Source: an uncultured Gemmatimonadales bacterium (GTDB taxonomy: Bacteria; Gemmatimonadota; Gemmatimonadetes; Gemmatimonadales; Gemmatimonadaceae). From it: DNA of 64,000 nt. Positions 51,077 to 61,974 of the stretch are shown here, in pieces. The notes under the pieces were generated by a model. The model was not told where the DNA came from and ran no database searches. It saw nothing but the letters and a program-made list of their open reading frames with translations. Both the position numbers and the translations under genes were made by a program. The DNA is taken from the NCBI GenBank assembly GCA_963701965.1, contig OY969695.1:2496001-2560000 (forward strand). The letters run 5' to 3'. The first letter of the stretch is position 1, and the number at the start of each line of letters is the position of its first letter.

Positions 51077-52993
51077 ATGCGATTTCTTTGGCTGGTGGCC
51101 GGCGCGCTCTGCTGCGCCGGCACGCTGGGCGCGCAGGACTCGATCTACAAGCTGGCCGTCGACAGCGCAAAGTTCCCCGAGCAGGGCACCGTCCTGCTGC
51201 TCGACGAGGGCGCGGTCACGGTCGAAGCCGACGGCCGACACACCGTGACGTATCACCAAGTCACGCAAATCCTGCGCGACCGCGCGGTCGCATCGCGGCG
51301 CGAGCAACGCCTCGTGTACGACCCGACGCACGAGAAGCTGACGATCAACTGGATCAAGGTCCTCAAGCCGACGGGCGAGGTCCTGAGCGACAAGCCGTCG
51401 CAGACCCAGGAATCCGACGTGCCCGCGGGTATGGTCGATCCGGTCTACCTGAACCGCAAAGTCCTGCGCGCGTCGCTGAGCGGCGTCGCGGTCGGTACGC
51501 TCATCGACTACTCCTATACGAGAGAGGAGCTGAAGCCATTCCGCACGGGCGATTTCTTCGACGTCTGGCGGGTCACGGCCGGCACCACCGTGCGCCGCTC
51601 CCGCTTCGTCGTCAATGCGCCGAAGGACATGAAGCTCATCATCGAGGAGCACAACCTTCCATTCACCCGGACCGAAACCACGGCCCACGGGCGCACGACG
51701 TACACGTGGGCCACATCCGAAGTCCCGTGGACCAAGGGCGAGATGTTCGCCGCGGACTCGAACACGGTCGCCGAGCTCGTCCGCATCGCGGCGCCGGGCG
51801 CGTGGTCCGACATCGGCCACTGGTACGCCGGGCTGGCGCGCGACCGGTATGCGCCAAGCGCGGCGCTGCGCGATACGGTGCGCGCGCTCGTGGCCCACGC
51901 CACGACGCTCAATGATTCGCTGCGCGCCATCCACCGGTGGGTGGCGCAGGACATTCGCTACGTGTCGCTCTCGCTGGGCATCGGGGGCTTTCAGCCGCGC
52001 TTCCCGGACACGGTGATGCGTACCGGCTTCGGGGATTGCAAGGACAAGGCGACGCTCTTCGTGGCCGCCCTCGGTGTGCTGGGCGTCGAGGCGTACCCGG
52101 TCCTGCTCAATGCCGGCGGCCGCGTGGATCGCTCCCTGCCGACCATCGGGCAATTCGATCACGCCATCGCCGCTATTCGGCGGAAAGGCGCGTACCAGTA
52201 TACGGACCTGACGTCGGGCGTGACGCCGTTCGGCGAGCTGCCGCTGGGGGACGAGTCGGAGTTTGGACTCGTCGTGCATGCCGATGGCCGCACGGAGGAG
52301 GTCACGCTTCCCTCAGACCCGCCCGGCGCGAATCGGCTGGAGAATCACCTGACGGGCACGCTCTCGCCGGATGGGATGTTCAACGGACGATTCGAGGAGC
52401 GGACGAGCGGCGCCGCGGCCGACGGCCTGCGCGGGGCCATGCGCCAGCGGCTCGATTCGACGCAGCGCGCCAACGGCATGCGGTCCCTGGCGCAAAGCAT
52501 CTTTCCCAATGCGCAGGGCGACAGTCTGGTCACGTTCGACGGCAAGGATCTTCAGGCCGCGCCGACGATCACCATGCGCATTCGCCACGGGCAAGCGTCG
52601 GTCTCCTCGGGCACCACCGACGTGCTCACCGTTCCGTTCCTGCATCAAATGGGAGCGGTGGGATCGACCGCCGACCAGCTGGCGACCGCGGGACCGCGGC
52701 ACTATCCGATCAATGCGGCCAAAATTTTGAGCACGCTCGATATGGTGTACAATGTGCGCATCACGCTGCCGCCCGGATGGCACGCGCGCCTGCCGAAAAG
52801 TGTCTCGGCGCCAAGCCCGTTCGGCTCCTACGAGTCGGCGTACAGCCAGGAGGGCGCCGATCTCGTGATCCACCATCGGCTGCACGGAGCCCAGGGCATC
52901 TTCGCTCCGGAACGGATCGATGACCTGATCGCATGGTTCCGCCTCATCGGCACGGATCGCGTGCAGGTCGTTTTGATTGACCACGGAGGGTAA
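51077..52993 (+). CDS. Secreted DUF3857 and transglutaminase-like domain protein
   Basis: Signal peptide, VGTLIDYSY, GDCKDKA (Cys), FDHAIA (His), YTDLT (Asp). Confidence 0.88.
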   Translation: MRFLWLVAGALCCAGTLGAQDSIYKLAVDSAKFPEQGTVLLLDEGAVTVEADGRHTVTYHQVTQILRDRAVASRREQRLVYDPTHEKLTINWIKVLKPTGEVLSDKPSQTQESDVPAGMVDPVYLNRKVLRASLSGVAVGTLIDYSYTREELKPFRTGDFFDVWRVTAGTTVRRSRFVVNAPKDMKLIIEEHNLPFTRTETTAHGRTTYTWATSEVPWTKGEMFAADSNTVAELVRIAAPGAWSDIGHWYAGLARDRYAPSAALRDTVRALVAHATTLNDSLRAIHRWVAQDIRYVSLSLGIGGFQPRFPDTVMRTGFGDCKDKATLFVAALGVLGVEAYPVLLNAGGRVDRSLPTIGQFDHAIAAIRRKGAYQYTDLTSGVTPFGELPLGDESEFGLVVHADGRTEEVTLPSDPPGANRLENHLTGTLSPDGMFNGRFEERTSGAAADGLRGAMRQRLDSTQRANGMRSLAQSIFPNAQGDSLVTFDGKDLQAAPTITMRIRHGQASVSSGTTDVLTVPFLHQMGAVGSTADQLATAGPRHYPINAAKILSTLDMVYNVRITLPPGWHARLPKSVSAPSPFGSYESAYSQEGADLVIHHRLHGAQGIFAPERIDDLIAWFRLIGTDRVQVVLIDHGG

Positions 52994-53032
52994 GCCAACA
53001 TTCCGACGTAATTCGGCGTATCACATTCGATA

Positions 53033-56000
53033 ATGTTGCGCGCCCTCGCCGTCGCCCTCGCCCTCCTACCGGCGACGCTCTTCGCACAAGTGGGCGTCAC
53101 GACGGACATCATCACGGGCCGCGTCACGTCACCCGACGGCCAGCCCATGCCGGGCGTCAGCGTGCGGGTCGTCTCGGCGGAGACCCAGATCGGACGCAAC
53201 GCGGTCACCAATAGCGACGGCCGCTACACGATCGTGTTCCCGGATGGCGGCGGCCAATACCGGGTCGAGGCCCGCTTCGTCGGATACCAACCGACGCGAC
53301 TCGTCATCGGCCGACAAGCCGACGAAGACCGGCTGGTCGCCGACATCAAGATGGGCACGGCGATCCCGGTCCTCTCCACCGTCACGACCACCGCGCGCCG
53401 AAACCAACCCCGCGGAGACGCCGGCGGCACGGGCCGGTTTCTCTCACCGCAGCAGATCGAAAAGCTGCCGATCGACGGCACGGACCCCAACGCGCTGGCC
53501 GCGCTCGCGCCCGGCGTCGTCGCACTCTCGGCGAGCGACACGACATCGTCCTCGTTCTCCGTCGCGGGCCAGCGGCCGACGTTGAACAGCGTCACGTTGG
53601 ATGGAACGACGTTCGCCGGATCGTCGATCCCGCAGGAAGCCGTGCGGAACACCCGGGTCATCACCAACACGTACGACGTCTCCCGCGGCCAATTCACCGG
53701 CGGCCAGGTGGCGTCGACCACCCGCGGCGGGACCAATGTCCCCGCCGGCTCGTTCAGCTACTACTTCCGCAATCCGGCGCTGGCCTACGGCGAACAGGGG
53801 CCCAGTGGGTTCAGCCAGATGCGCAACCAGAACCAACTGTCGGGCGGCATCGGCGGACCCATCATCCCCGACCATGTCTTCACGTTCAGCGCCGTCAACC
53901 TGAGCCGCCGCTCCAATGACCTGATCGACCTGGCAAACGAAGATCCGGCGCAGCTGGCCCAGATCGGCGTGCCCGCCGCCGCCGTCCGCAGCGCGCTGCT
54001 CCAACAAGGCGTCCCGTTTACATCGCCGCTCGTGCCCGACGACCGCGACGCCGACAATCTCACGGCCTTCGAGCGACTCGACTTCCTGATCGGCGACGAC
54101 AACTCGATCGTCTTGCGCGGCGATTTCCGGGGACGCTTGCAGGACGGCACGCGGGTGAGCCCCTATTCGCTGCCGACCGCGGGCGGGCACGTCGGCGGCG
54201 CCGGCGGCGGTGTGTTCCTGTCGTGGACGACGCATCTGCCCGGCAACTTCATCAATGAGCTGCGCACGTATGGCCAGCGGGACTACCAGTCCGCCGATCC
54301 CTATCTGAGCGGCGTCGCCGGTCGCATCAGCCTGGAGCCGGCCGCGGCGTCGGCCACGACGGGCATCACCACGGTGGGCTTCGGCGGCAACCCGGGTCTT
54401 CCGCAGAGCGGGTACAACGACCTCTGGGAATCCACCGACGAAGTCTCGTGGCTGTCGCCGCGCGGCGGCCATCGCGTGCGCCTCGGCCTCCTGGTCGATC
54501 TGGGCCGTTCGTCGCAGTTGTTCAATCAGGGCGTCAACGGCATCTACACGTACAACTCGCTGACAGCGTTCGCGCAGGACTCGGCGTCGACGTTCACGCG
54601 CACGTTCAACGCCAACGCCTATCACGCGAGCTCGGTCAGCGGAGCGGCATACCTGGGCGATACCTGGGTCCCCTGGTCACCGCTGCAACTCACGTACGGC
54701 GTGCGGGTCGAAGGCACGGACTATAGCGGCGCGCCCGCGGACAACGTCGAGGTCGCGAATCTGTTTGGACAGCGGACCGATATCTGGCCCACCGAGATCC
54801 ACGTCAGTCCGCGCGTCGGATTCACGTATCAGATCCGATCGGGCGCCGGCGGCCCACCGTCGGCGGTCATTCGCGGCGGGTACGGCGAGTTCCGCGCCAA
54901 CGCGCCCCTCTCGCTCTTCTCGTCCGCGCAGTCGGAGAATGGCGCGGCCAACGGCGAGACGCAGCTCATTTGCATCGGCCCGGACGTGCCGTTCAACCGC
55001 ACGACCGGCTGGGCGGGCTATCTCGACGGCACGACGCCGATCCCGACGACCTGCGCCAGCGGCGCGGGCAGCACGCCGGGCAGCGTTCCCTTGCGACAGG
55101 TCGCCGTGTTCGATCGCGACTTCGAGTCGCCGCGCGCTTGGCGGGGATCGCTCGGCATCCAGAAGCGGCTGCTCGACCGCTTGAATGGCTCCCTCGATCT
55201 CAGCTACGCGCGCGGCGTCGACTTGTTCGGCGTCACCGACGCCAACTTGAACACGTCGAATCCCGCCTTCGCGCTCCCCTACGAAGGCGGTCGCCCGGTC
55301 TACAGCAATTTGATCGACCCGACCACGGGCGCCGTCAGCTTCGCCGGGTCGCGGCGGTTCGGCCAGTACGGCCAGGTGTACGACATCAACTCGCGTCTGC
55401 AGTCGGACACGCGGCAGATGACGGTGTCGATCAACGGCTTCACGCTGCGGGGCATCGCCTATCAGTTCGCGTACACGTATCAGCAGGTCCGCGACCAGTC
55501 GTCATTCTCGGGTGGGTCGGCGCTGGTGGGGTTCGGCAATCCGACGACGGCGGGCAATCCCAACGCCGTCGGCTGGGGCCCGAGCGACCTGGGTCGCACG
55601 CACCAGTTCCTGACAACGGTCACCTGGCCGATCGTGCCGGCCCTCGAGCTCACGACCATCGCGCGCCTCACGTCCGGCACGCCGTTCACGCCGGCCGTGA
55701 GCCAGGATATCAACGGCAATGGCGCGCGCAACGACCGGGCGTTCGTCTTCAATCCGGCCGCCGTCGCGGGCACGCCGGACAGCGCGTTGGCAGGCCCAAT
55801 GCGGCAGTTGCTGGCGACGACATCGGGGCGCGTGCGCGACTGTCTGGAGAGCCAGATCGGGCAGGTGGCCGGCCGCAACAGCTGCCTCGGGCCGTGGACG
55901 CCGTCGTTCGACGTGCAACTCAACTATCGTCCGGCCTCTTTCGGCCTGCAACGGCGTCTCACGCTCTCCCTGCTCGCCGTCAATACGCTGACCGGGGTCG

Positions 56001-56671
56001 ACGAGTTGGTGCACGGGCCGAACCATCTCGCCGGATGGGGGCAGCCGTTCCCCCCGGATAACATCTTGCTCTACGTGCGGGGATTTTCCACGACGCCCCA
56101 GCCGCACTTCATCTACACGGTCAACCAGCATTTCGGGCAACCGTACAGCGCGTTCGGCGCCTACAGCGCGCCGTTCCAGCTGGTGTTCGAGGCGCGGTAC
56201 AGCTTCGGCGATGTGAGTCCGGACCAGTTGCGCGGGTTGCTGGGCGGCGGTGGCGGCAATCGCCGCGATCCCGGCGCGGGCGGGGCCGGCGCGGGCGGCG
56301 CGAATGGCGGCGCGATGTCGCTCGCCGATCAGGTCGCGGGGCGGTTTGCCGAGCGGTTTCCCAACACGTTCGATCAGATCCTGGCGCTCAAGGACACGCT
56401 GGCGCTCACGCCGGACCAGGTCGGGAAGCTCACGACCGCGTCCGACTCACTGAAGGAAGCGATCGGCGCGATGCGGGGGAAGGTGTCGACCGCGCTGGCC
56501 AAGCTCGGAAACAACCCGGACCCCGGCACGCTCATGTCGCTCATGCGACCGGAGTTGCTCGAGGCCCGCACCATGCGCCGCGCGGCGGTGGCCGCGGCGC
56601 AGGCGATCCTGACGCCCGATCAGTGGAAGAAAGTACCGGACGCGATTCGCACGACTACGGCTCGGCAGTGA
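53033..56671 (+). CDS. TonB-dependent receptor-like (Oar-type) protein with helical C-terminal extension
   Basis: Signal peptide, carboxypeptidase-regulatory domain, plug (NTYDVSRGQFTGG...TRGGTN), barrel (SPRVGF, DINGNG..ND). Confidence 0.85.
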   Translation: MLRALAVALALLPATLFAQVGVTTDIITGRVTSPDGQPMPGVSVRVVSAETQIGRNAVTNSDGRYTIVFPDGGGQYRVEARFVGYQPTRLVIGRQADEDRLVADIKMGTAIPVLSTVTTTARRNQPRGDAGGTGRFLSPQQIEKLPIDGTDPNALAALAPGVVALSASDTTSSSFSVAGQRPTLNSVTLDGTTFAGSSIPQEAVRNTRVITNTYDVSRGQFTGGQVASTTRGGTNVPAGSFSYYFRNPALAYGEQGPSGFSQMRNQNQLSGGIGGPIIPDHVFTFSAVNLSRRSNDLIDLANEDPAQLAQIGVPAAAVRSALLQQGVPFTSPLVPDDRDADNLTAFERLDFLIGDDNSIVLRGDFRGRLQDGTRVSPYSLPTAGGHVGGAGGGVFLSWTTHLPGNFINELRTYGQRDYQSADPYLSGVAGRISLEPAAASATTGITTVGFGGNPGLPQSGYNDLWESTDEVSWLSPRGGHRVRLGLLVDLGRSSQLFNQGVNGIYTYNSLTAFAQDSASTFTRTFNANAYHASSVSGAAYLGDTWVPWSPLQLTYGVRVEGTDYSGAPADNVEVANLFGQRTDIWPTEIHVSPRVGFTYQIRSGAGGPPSAVIRGGYGEFRANAPLSLFSSAQSENGAANGETQLICIGPDVPFNRTTGWAGYLDGTTPIPTTCASGAGSTPGSVPLRQVAVFDRDFESPRAWRGSLGIQKRLLDRLNGSLDLSYARGVDLFGVTDANLNTSNPAFALPYEGGRPVYSNLIDPTTGAVSFAGSRRFGQYGQVYDINSRLQSDTRQMTVSINGFTLRGIAYQFAYTYQQVRDQSSFSGGSALVGFGNPTTAGNPNAVGWGPSDLGRTHQFLTTVTWPIVPALELTTIARLTSGTPFTPAVSQDINGNGARNDRAFVFNPAAVAGTPDSALAGPMRQLLATTSGRVRDCLESQIGQVAGRNSCLGPWTPSFDVQLNYRPASFGLQRRLTLSLLAVNTLTGVDELVHGPNHLAGWGQPFPPDNILLYVRGFSTTPQPHFIYTVNQHFGQPYSAFGAYSAPFQLVFEARYSFGDVSPDQLRGLLGGGGGNRRDPGAGGAGAGGANGGAMSLADQVAGRFAERFPNTFDQILALKDTLALTPDQVGKLTTASDSLKEAIGAMRGKVSTALAKLGNNPDPGTLMSLMRPELLEARTMRRAAVAAAQAILTPDQWKKVPDAIRTTTARQ

Positions 56672-57269
56672 CCGACGGGAATGTCACCCCGAAGATGATG
56701 GGCAGCATCGACGCGCCCGTGTGCGGCCCGAAGTAGTACTGATACCGCACTTCGGCGAAGAGGCCGATCCCAATGCCGGGCCCGACGCCGAAGAGCCGCC
56801 CGCGCAGGCCGGCGCCCCCGTCGATCCCGAAGTGGCTCCCGCTGACCGTCGGCGTGTTGGGCGTCGTGCAGTTGACGTTCGGGGGACAGGGCGGCGGAGT
56901 CGGGCGGATGTTGTCGTACGTGTGGTAGTACCCGGCGCCGGCCATGACGTACGGGGTGACGAGATACACGGGAAATGAGTAGATCGCGTTCGCCGAGATC
57001 GCCCAGATCTGGCGGGCTCCCAGCTCGCTGCTCGTATGATCGTACTCGTTATACAACCCGTCGACCCGGAGGCTCACCGGTGTGAACGGCGCGCGGACGT
57101 CGATCCCGATCAACCCGTTGAAGCCGACGGAGCCGGCGTTGGTGGCGAGGCGGCCAAAGGGAAAGGACGGGCCAATGCCTGCGTCGAGGGAAACCGGCCA
57201 TTGGGCCGCCGCGGGCCGCGCGAGCGCGGCGGCGGCGGCCAAGACGAACAGTGGACGTGCGTGCAGCAA
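56655..57269 (-). CDS. Outer-membrane beta-barrel protein
   Basis: Signal peptide (PAAAQ), PYVMAGAGYY, FAEVRY. Paralog of the upstream gene. Start approximate. Confidence 0.78.
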   Translation of the reverse strand: MLHARPLFVLAAAAALARPAAAQWPVSLDAGIGPSFPFGRLATNAGSVGFNGLIGIDVRAPFTPVSLRVDGLYNEYDHTSSELGARQIWAISANAIYSFPVYLVTPYVMAGAGYYHTYDNIRPTPPPCPPNVNCTTPNTPTVSGSHFGIDGGAGLRGRLFGVGPGIGIGLFAEVRYQYYFGPHTGASMLPIIFGVTFPSVTAEP

Positions 57270-57297
57270 AAGGACTCCGGGCCGTGAACTACCTTCA

Positions 57298-57846
57298 CTA
57301 CAACTGCACGCCAAAAGTCAGCGGGAAGAACTGGGTCGCCGTGTTTGGCGTGAAGACGTAGTGGTAGCGGATCTCGCCAAAGATCGAGAACAACTCTGGG
57401 ATCTTGACGCGCGCCCCGACACCGCCGTTGAGACCGAAGTGGCTGCCGCTCGCCCCAAGGGAGAAATTGCCGCCGCCGGACGCGAAGCTGACGTCGTTGT
57501 AGTAGTAGCCGAGTCCCAGAATAGCGTACGGCGTGACAACCGGTTCCGGGATCTGGAAAACGGCGTTCGCCGTCAGGCTCCATAGCTCGCTGTGTCCCTG
57601 GGCCGGATCCTTCACGCCAAAGTGGTTGAACATGCCGTCGAGACGGGCGCCGAAGGGGAGCAGGCCCGGATCGACGCCGACGAAGGCAAGGATGTTATAG
57701 CCGGTGTTGACGGCGTTGCCGAAATTCCCGGTAGCGAACGAGGGACCGCCGCCCGCGCCGATGGTCGGATTGAGCAACTGGGCGTGGGCCGTGGATGCGG
57801 CAAAGGCGAGGCCGCAGACGGCCAGACATAGACGGGCAATGCGCAT
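57298..57846 (-). CDS. Outer-membrane beta-barrel protein
   Basis: Signal peptide (AHAQ), PYAILGLGYY, FGEIRYH, terminal FGVQL. Confidence 0.85.
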   Translation of the reverse strand: MRIARLCLAVCGLAFAASTAHAQLLNPTIGAGGGPSFATGNFGNAVNTGYNILAFVGVDPGLLPFGARLDGMFNHFGVKDPAQGHSELWSLTANAVFQIPEPVVTPYAILGLGYYYNDVSFASGGGNFSLGASGSHFGLNGGVGARVKIPELFSIFGEIRYHYVFTPNTATQFFPLTFGVQL

Positions 57847-57927
57847 GGTGACGTGTCCTGCCGAAGAAGTGGTTACGGCTCAATTGAGCCACGCAACCGC
57901 CTCGAGGCGAGACCCGTGCCGGAACAT

Positions 57928-57958
57928 GAACGGGGCGCCCGTTCCCAGGCGCCCCGTC
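57928..57958 (-). terminator. Hairpin terminator after the cold-shock gene
   Basis: ACGGGGCGCC/GGCGCCCCGT stem with a weak U-tract. Confidence 0.55.
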
Positions 57959-57984
57959 CCCACTCGTGTGGTTGCCGGTGGTGC

Positions 57985-58200
57985 TTACCGGCCGCCAGCC
58001 TTCACGACGTTCTCAGCCGCGGGGCCTTTCTGGCCCTGCACGATGTCAAACTCCACCACATCACCCTCGGCCAACGACTTGAAGCCGTTGCCCTGAATGG
58101 CGCTGTAGTGAACGAAGCAGTCCTTCTGACCATTGTCCGGCGTGATGAAACCGAAACCCTTTGCGTCGTTGAACCACTTCACTTTCCCGGTGGTACGCAT
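57985..58200 (-). CDS. Cold-shock protein (CspA family)
   Basis: [30 protein letters not shown]. Confidence 0.97.
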   Translation of the reverse strand: MRTTGKVKWFNDAKGFGFITPDNGQKDCFVHYSAIQGNGFKSLAEGDVVEFDIVQGQKGPAAENVVKAGGR

Positions 58201-58387
58201 TCCTACTCCTGAAAGAAAATTTGTCTAGGGAGCGGAACGTGCCGTACCCCGACAAAGCATTATGACGCGGGACCTAAGCCCCCCGCGACTGGACCGGCCG
58301 CATCCCCGTCGAATTCTGGACGGATTCTTGGCTTATAGCGCGCTAATATAGCGGAGCCAAGTGGTTCGGGCAAGAGTCAATGATTAA

Positions 58388-58783
58388 TTAATACGGCGCC
58401 GTGGTCACCCCGTCGACGAAATATTCGGTCTCGCCGAAACAGGACGTCGGGATGCCCTTGTGCTGGCTATAGTGCAGGCCCACCCGCTTCCCGACCATCG
58501 CGTTGATGGCGCCCGCGATCGAGTCGTTGCGGACCGTGAACGCCCAGAGCTGCGGCGGCACCCCCGGTTGCGTCGTCATCGCCAGCTCGCCCTCCCAGGT
58601 CTTACATACCCAGCCCTTTTTCGAGAGCTTCTGGACGAAGCCCGCCCGCTCGCCCGCAGCATACGAAAACCCGAGCGCGGACAGTGTATAGAGTGTGAAA
58701 CCAACAATCGGCAGGACGACGATCACCAAAATGGCGATCAACTTCCAGTTGGTTTTCTTCTTGACCGGCACCGCCGTCGCCAT
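58388..58783 (-). CDS. Conserved hypothetical membrane-anchored protein
   Basis: TM helix then GERAGFVQKLSKKGWVCKTWEGEL...CFGETEYF. Confidence 0.75.
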   Translation of the reverse strand: MATAVPVKKKTNWKLIAILVIVVLPIVGFTLYTLSALGFSYAAGERAGFVQKLSKKGWVCKTWEGELAMTTQPGVPPQLWAFTVRNDSIAGAINAMVGKRVGLHYSQHKGIPTSCFGETEYFVDGVTTAPY

Positions 58784-58903
58784 GATCGCCTCGCGTTGGA
58801 TCCCGGCCCGACCGGGATCAGTTCAACCGACCTCGGATCGCGCGACGCGAAGCGGCGCCCGCGTCCCGAGTCTGAAAAGTCAGCCCCACGTTAACTTTCC
58901 CGC

Positions 58904-60134
58904 ATGCCTCTCGCCAGCCGCCGTCAGACGGTAACCGCCTCCGTGGGCGGTGTCGCGATCGGATCCGCGCACCCGATCGTCGTGCAATCCATGACCAACA
59001 CCGATACTGCCAATGCCGCCGCCACCGCGGAACAGGTGGTCGCGCTCGCCCGGGCGGGCTCGCAGCTGGTGCGGATTACGGTCAACAACGAGGAGGCCGC
59101 GGCAGCGGTTTCCGGGATCGCCGAACGGGTCGCCGACCTCGGGGTCACCGTCCCGCTCGTCGGCGACTTCCACTACAACGGCCACCTGCTGCTCGCCAAA
59201 TACCCGGCCTGCGCCCGCGCGCTGGCCAAGTACCGCATCAACCCGGGCAACGTCGGCGGCAAACGCCGCGACGAGCACTTCCGGCAAATCGTCGAGATCG
59301 CGCTCGACAACGACAAACCGGTCCGGATCGGCGTGAACTGGGGATCCCTCGACCAGGATCTCCTCACCACCATGATGGATGAGAACGCCGGGCGCAGCGA
59401 GCCGCTCGAATGCGCGCGACGTCATGATCGAGGCCATGATCGAAAGCGGCCTCCGCTCGGCCACCCTCGCCGAATCCGTGGGCCTTGGCCACGACCGCAT
59501 CCTCATCTCGGCCAAGGTGAGCCTGGTGCCGGACCTGGTCGACGTCTACCGCCGTCTGGCGCCCCGCTGCGACTATCCGCTCCACTTGGGACTCACCGAG
59601 GCGGGACTGGGCACCAAAGGGGTGGTCGGATCCAGCGCGGCGCTCGCGATCCTGCTCGGCGAAGGCATCGGCGACACGATCCGGGTCTCCCTCACCCCGC
59701 GCCCGAACGGGGATCGCACCGAAGAGGTCATTGTCGCCCAACAGATCCTGCAGTCGCTCGGTCTCCGCAACTTCACGCCGCAAGTCACGGCGTGTCCGGG
59801 CTGCGGGCGCACGACATCGACCTTCTTTCAGCACATGGCCGAGGACATCCAAACCTATCTGCGCGAGCAAATGCCGGTGTGGCGGGAACAACATCCCGGG
59901 GTCGAGACCATGCGGGTCGCGGTCATGGGATGCGTGGTCAATGGCCCGGGCGAATCCAAGCATGCCAACATCGGCATCTCGCTCCCCGGCACGTTCGAGG
60001 AGCCGAAAGCCCCGGTCTACGTCGACGGCAAACTGGTCGTGACGCTGCGCGGCGAAGGCATCGTGCCGGAGTTTCTGGCCATTCTCGAGGACTACGTCGC
60101 CCGGACGTACCCTGCCGCGATGCCGGTCGCGTGA
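58904..60134 (+). CDS. ispG: HMBPP synthase (MEP pathway); probable 1-nt insertion near 59409
   Basis: [27 protein letters not shown] in one frame. [27 protein letters not shown] and [10 protein letters not shown] in the next. Confidence 0.95.
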
Positions 60135-60856
60135 TCGTCGCGCTCGCTCTTGTCTTCCAAGGACACGTAGGCGCCATCAGCGGGAGCGTGCAGGACACGA
60201 CGGGCGCGCCGCAGCGCGACGCCGCCGTCGAAGTCGTCGGGCTCACGATCTCGGCGCGCACCGACTCCGCTGGCCGATATCGTTTGAACGGCGTGCCCAC
60301 GGGCGCGCAGATCGTGCACGTAGGCCACATCGCGCAACGGGTCACCGTGGTGGCGGACACGGTGGTCGGCGCGTTCTTTTTGGTCCACGAGGTCACCGCC
60401 CCGCACGCGATCTGGAACGGCTGCCAACCGTACCGGACGTGCGCGCTGTTGCGCTACGTGGCGACGTTCAAACAGCACACGATCCCCGCGGGCATCGGGG
60501 TCATCCGCGACGCGGCGACCTGGAACGGATTCCTGGCGCGCTACGCGACAGGGCCGAACGAGAGCATCCGACGCAATGTGATCGACTGGTCGAAGGAGAT
60601 GCTGGTCGTCGTGAGCTACGGCGCCGACACGCAAATGCTGGACCAAGGGGACGGCATCAACCGCGTCGAACGGCATCCCGACCGGCTGACCGTCCTCCTC
60701 GGACCGGACTCGCTCAATGGCCCGAGTCCACTCGGCGCTAATGGTTGGGTGCCCGCCACCGCTATCGCGGTCCCGCGCACGACGCTCCCCATCGAATACC
60801 GCGCCGTGCTGGCCTCGACGCACATCCCGCCGACAGTCGACTGGTCACGGCAGTGA
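60131..60856 (+). CDS. Exported protein with carboxypeptidase-regulatory-like domain
   Basis: [12 protein letters not shown]...[19 protein letters not shown] overlap with ispG. Confidence 0.7.
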   Translation: MIVALALVFQGHVGAISGSVQDTTGAPQRDAAVEVVGLTISARTDSAGRYRLNGVPTGAQIVHVGHIAQRVTVVADTVVGAFFLVHEVTAPHAIWNGCQPYRTCALLRYVATFKQHTIPAGIGVIRDAATWNGFLARYATGPNESIRRNVIDWSKEMLVVVSYGADTQMLDQGDGINRVERHPDRLTVLLGPDSLNGPSPLGANGWVPATAIAVPRTTLPIEYRAVLASTHIPPTVDWSRQ

Positions 60857-61933
60857 TGCCGGCGGTGATGCCGGCGGTGATGCCGGCAGTGATGCCGGCA
60901 GTGATGCGATGAAGTCGACGAGATAATTCTTCCACACCGCGGCCAGGGTATGCGTCCCGTGCCCGCGGGTCTGGTCGCTCAACGGCAACAGCACGTATTT
61001 CGCGTGGGGCACGCGGGCGATCAGGGGCTCGATGGCTCCAAGCTCGGGGGGATTGACGGCGTCGTCGGCCGAGTTGATGGCCAGCACTGGCGCGGTGATC
61101 CGCTCCAGATCGGCGGAAGGATCGTAGTCGCGCGAGGCGTCGAGCTGATAGATCAAATCGTTGGCGTCGTCGGCCGCCATACGCGTCTTGACGATCGCGT
61201 TGATCGCGCTGTCGGCGGCGTCGCGCGTCGGTCCGGCCTTCTGTAGCACCAGCGGACTGGATGCCATGATGGACAGGATCCCCATCGCGGCGGTGTAGCC
61301 GGGGGGCTGGCTCCGATACTCGCCGCCCTGGTAAGCGGGGTCGTTCCGGATGGCGTCTATCGCCATCCGCCGCCACATGCGATTGCGCCCCGCGATCTGG
61401 ATAGGCTGACAAGCGAGGGGCACGAGCCCGTCGGCGAACGTGGGATACCGCTCGGCCCACATCCAGCTGTGCATGCAACCCATCGACGTACCCATGATGA
61501 GGTACAGGTGGCGCACGTGCAGGCCGTCGGTCACCAGCCGGTACTCGGCGTCCACCATGTCGGCGTAACCGTAGTGCGGAAACTTGGCGTGCCACCCGTC
61601 GCTGGGTTTGCTCGAGGCGCCGTGGCCGATATCGTCGGGCAGGATCACGAAGAAGCGCGTCGTGTCCAATGGCTGGCCGGCGCCAAACAGCTGCCCGGCG
61701 AAAACGGGACTCATGAACTGGGCGCCCGAGCCGGATGTCCCGTGCATGATCAACACGGCCTTTCCGGTGGACGGGCCGAGGGTGCGATAGTGGATCCGCA
61801 AGGCGGGGAGGCGCTCGCCGTCGGCGAATCGGAAATCGTGGATCGTATAGTCGGCGCCCTGGGCGCTCTGGGCGCTGAGCCGCGACGCGGCCAAGGCGAA
61901 ACCCCACACGGCGACGGCGCGCCAAGCGAGCAT
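60845..61933 (-). CDS. Secreted alpha/beta hydrolase (homoserine O-acetyltransferase-like fold)
   Basis: Signal peptide, [30 protein letters not shown]. Confidence 0.88.
   Translation of the reverse strand: MLAWRAVAVWGFALAASRLSAQSAQGADYTIHDFRFADGERLPALRIHYRTLGPSTGKAVLIMHGTSGSGAQFMSPVFAGQLFGAGQPLDTTRFFVILPDDIGHGASSKPSDGWHAKFPHYGYADMVDAEYRLVTDGLHVRHLYLIMGTSMGCMHSWMWAERYPTFADGLVPLACQPIQIAGRNRMWRRMAIDAIRNDPAYQGGEYRSQPPGYTAAMGILSIMASSPLVLQKAGPTRDAADSAINAIVKTRMAADDANDLIYQLDASRDYDPSADLERITAPVLAINSADDAVNPPELGAIEPLIARVPHAKYVLLPLSDQTRGHGTHTLAAVWKNYLVDFIASLPASLPASPPASPPASLP
60848..60907. repeat. Five copies of a 12-bp tandem repeat CGGC(A/G)GTGATGC
   Basis: Directly visible at the convergent gene junction. 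Encodes ASLP/ASPP. Confidence 0.9.
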
Positions 61934-61974
61934 GTGATCTCCCGGGTAGAGGAACGGATATAAGTTGCAGCATC

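Noticed and set aside
17430..59420. Six frameshifted genes (rep ~17440, GH3 ~24853, pntA ~29890, repeat protein ~34306, M28 ~36715, ispG ~59409) as pseudogenes or programmed frameshifts
   Set aside because: All are single-base indels, mostly in 2-3-nt homopolymers, without slippery heptamers or other decay. One hits normally essential ispG. Sequencing error is the simplest explanation and reads would settle it.
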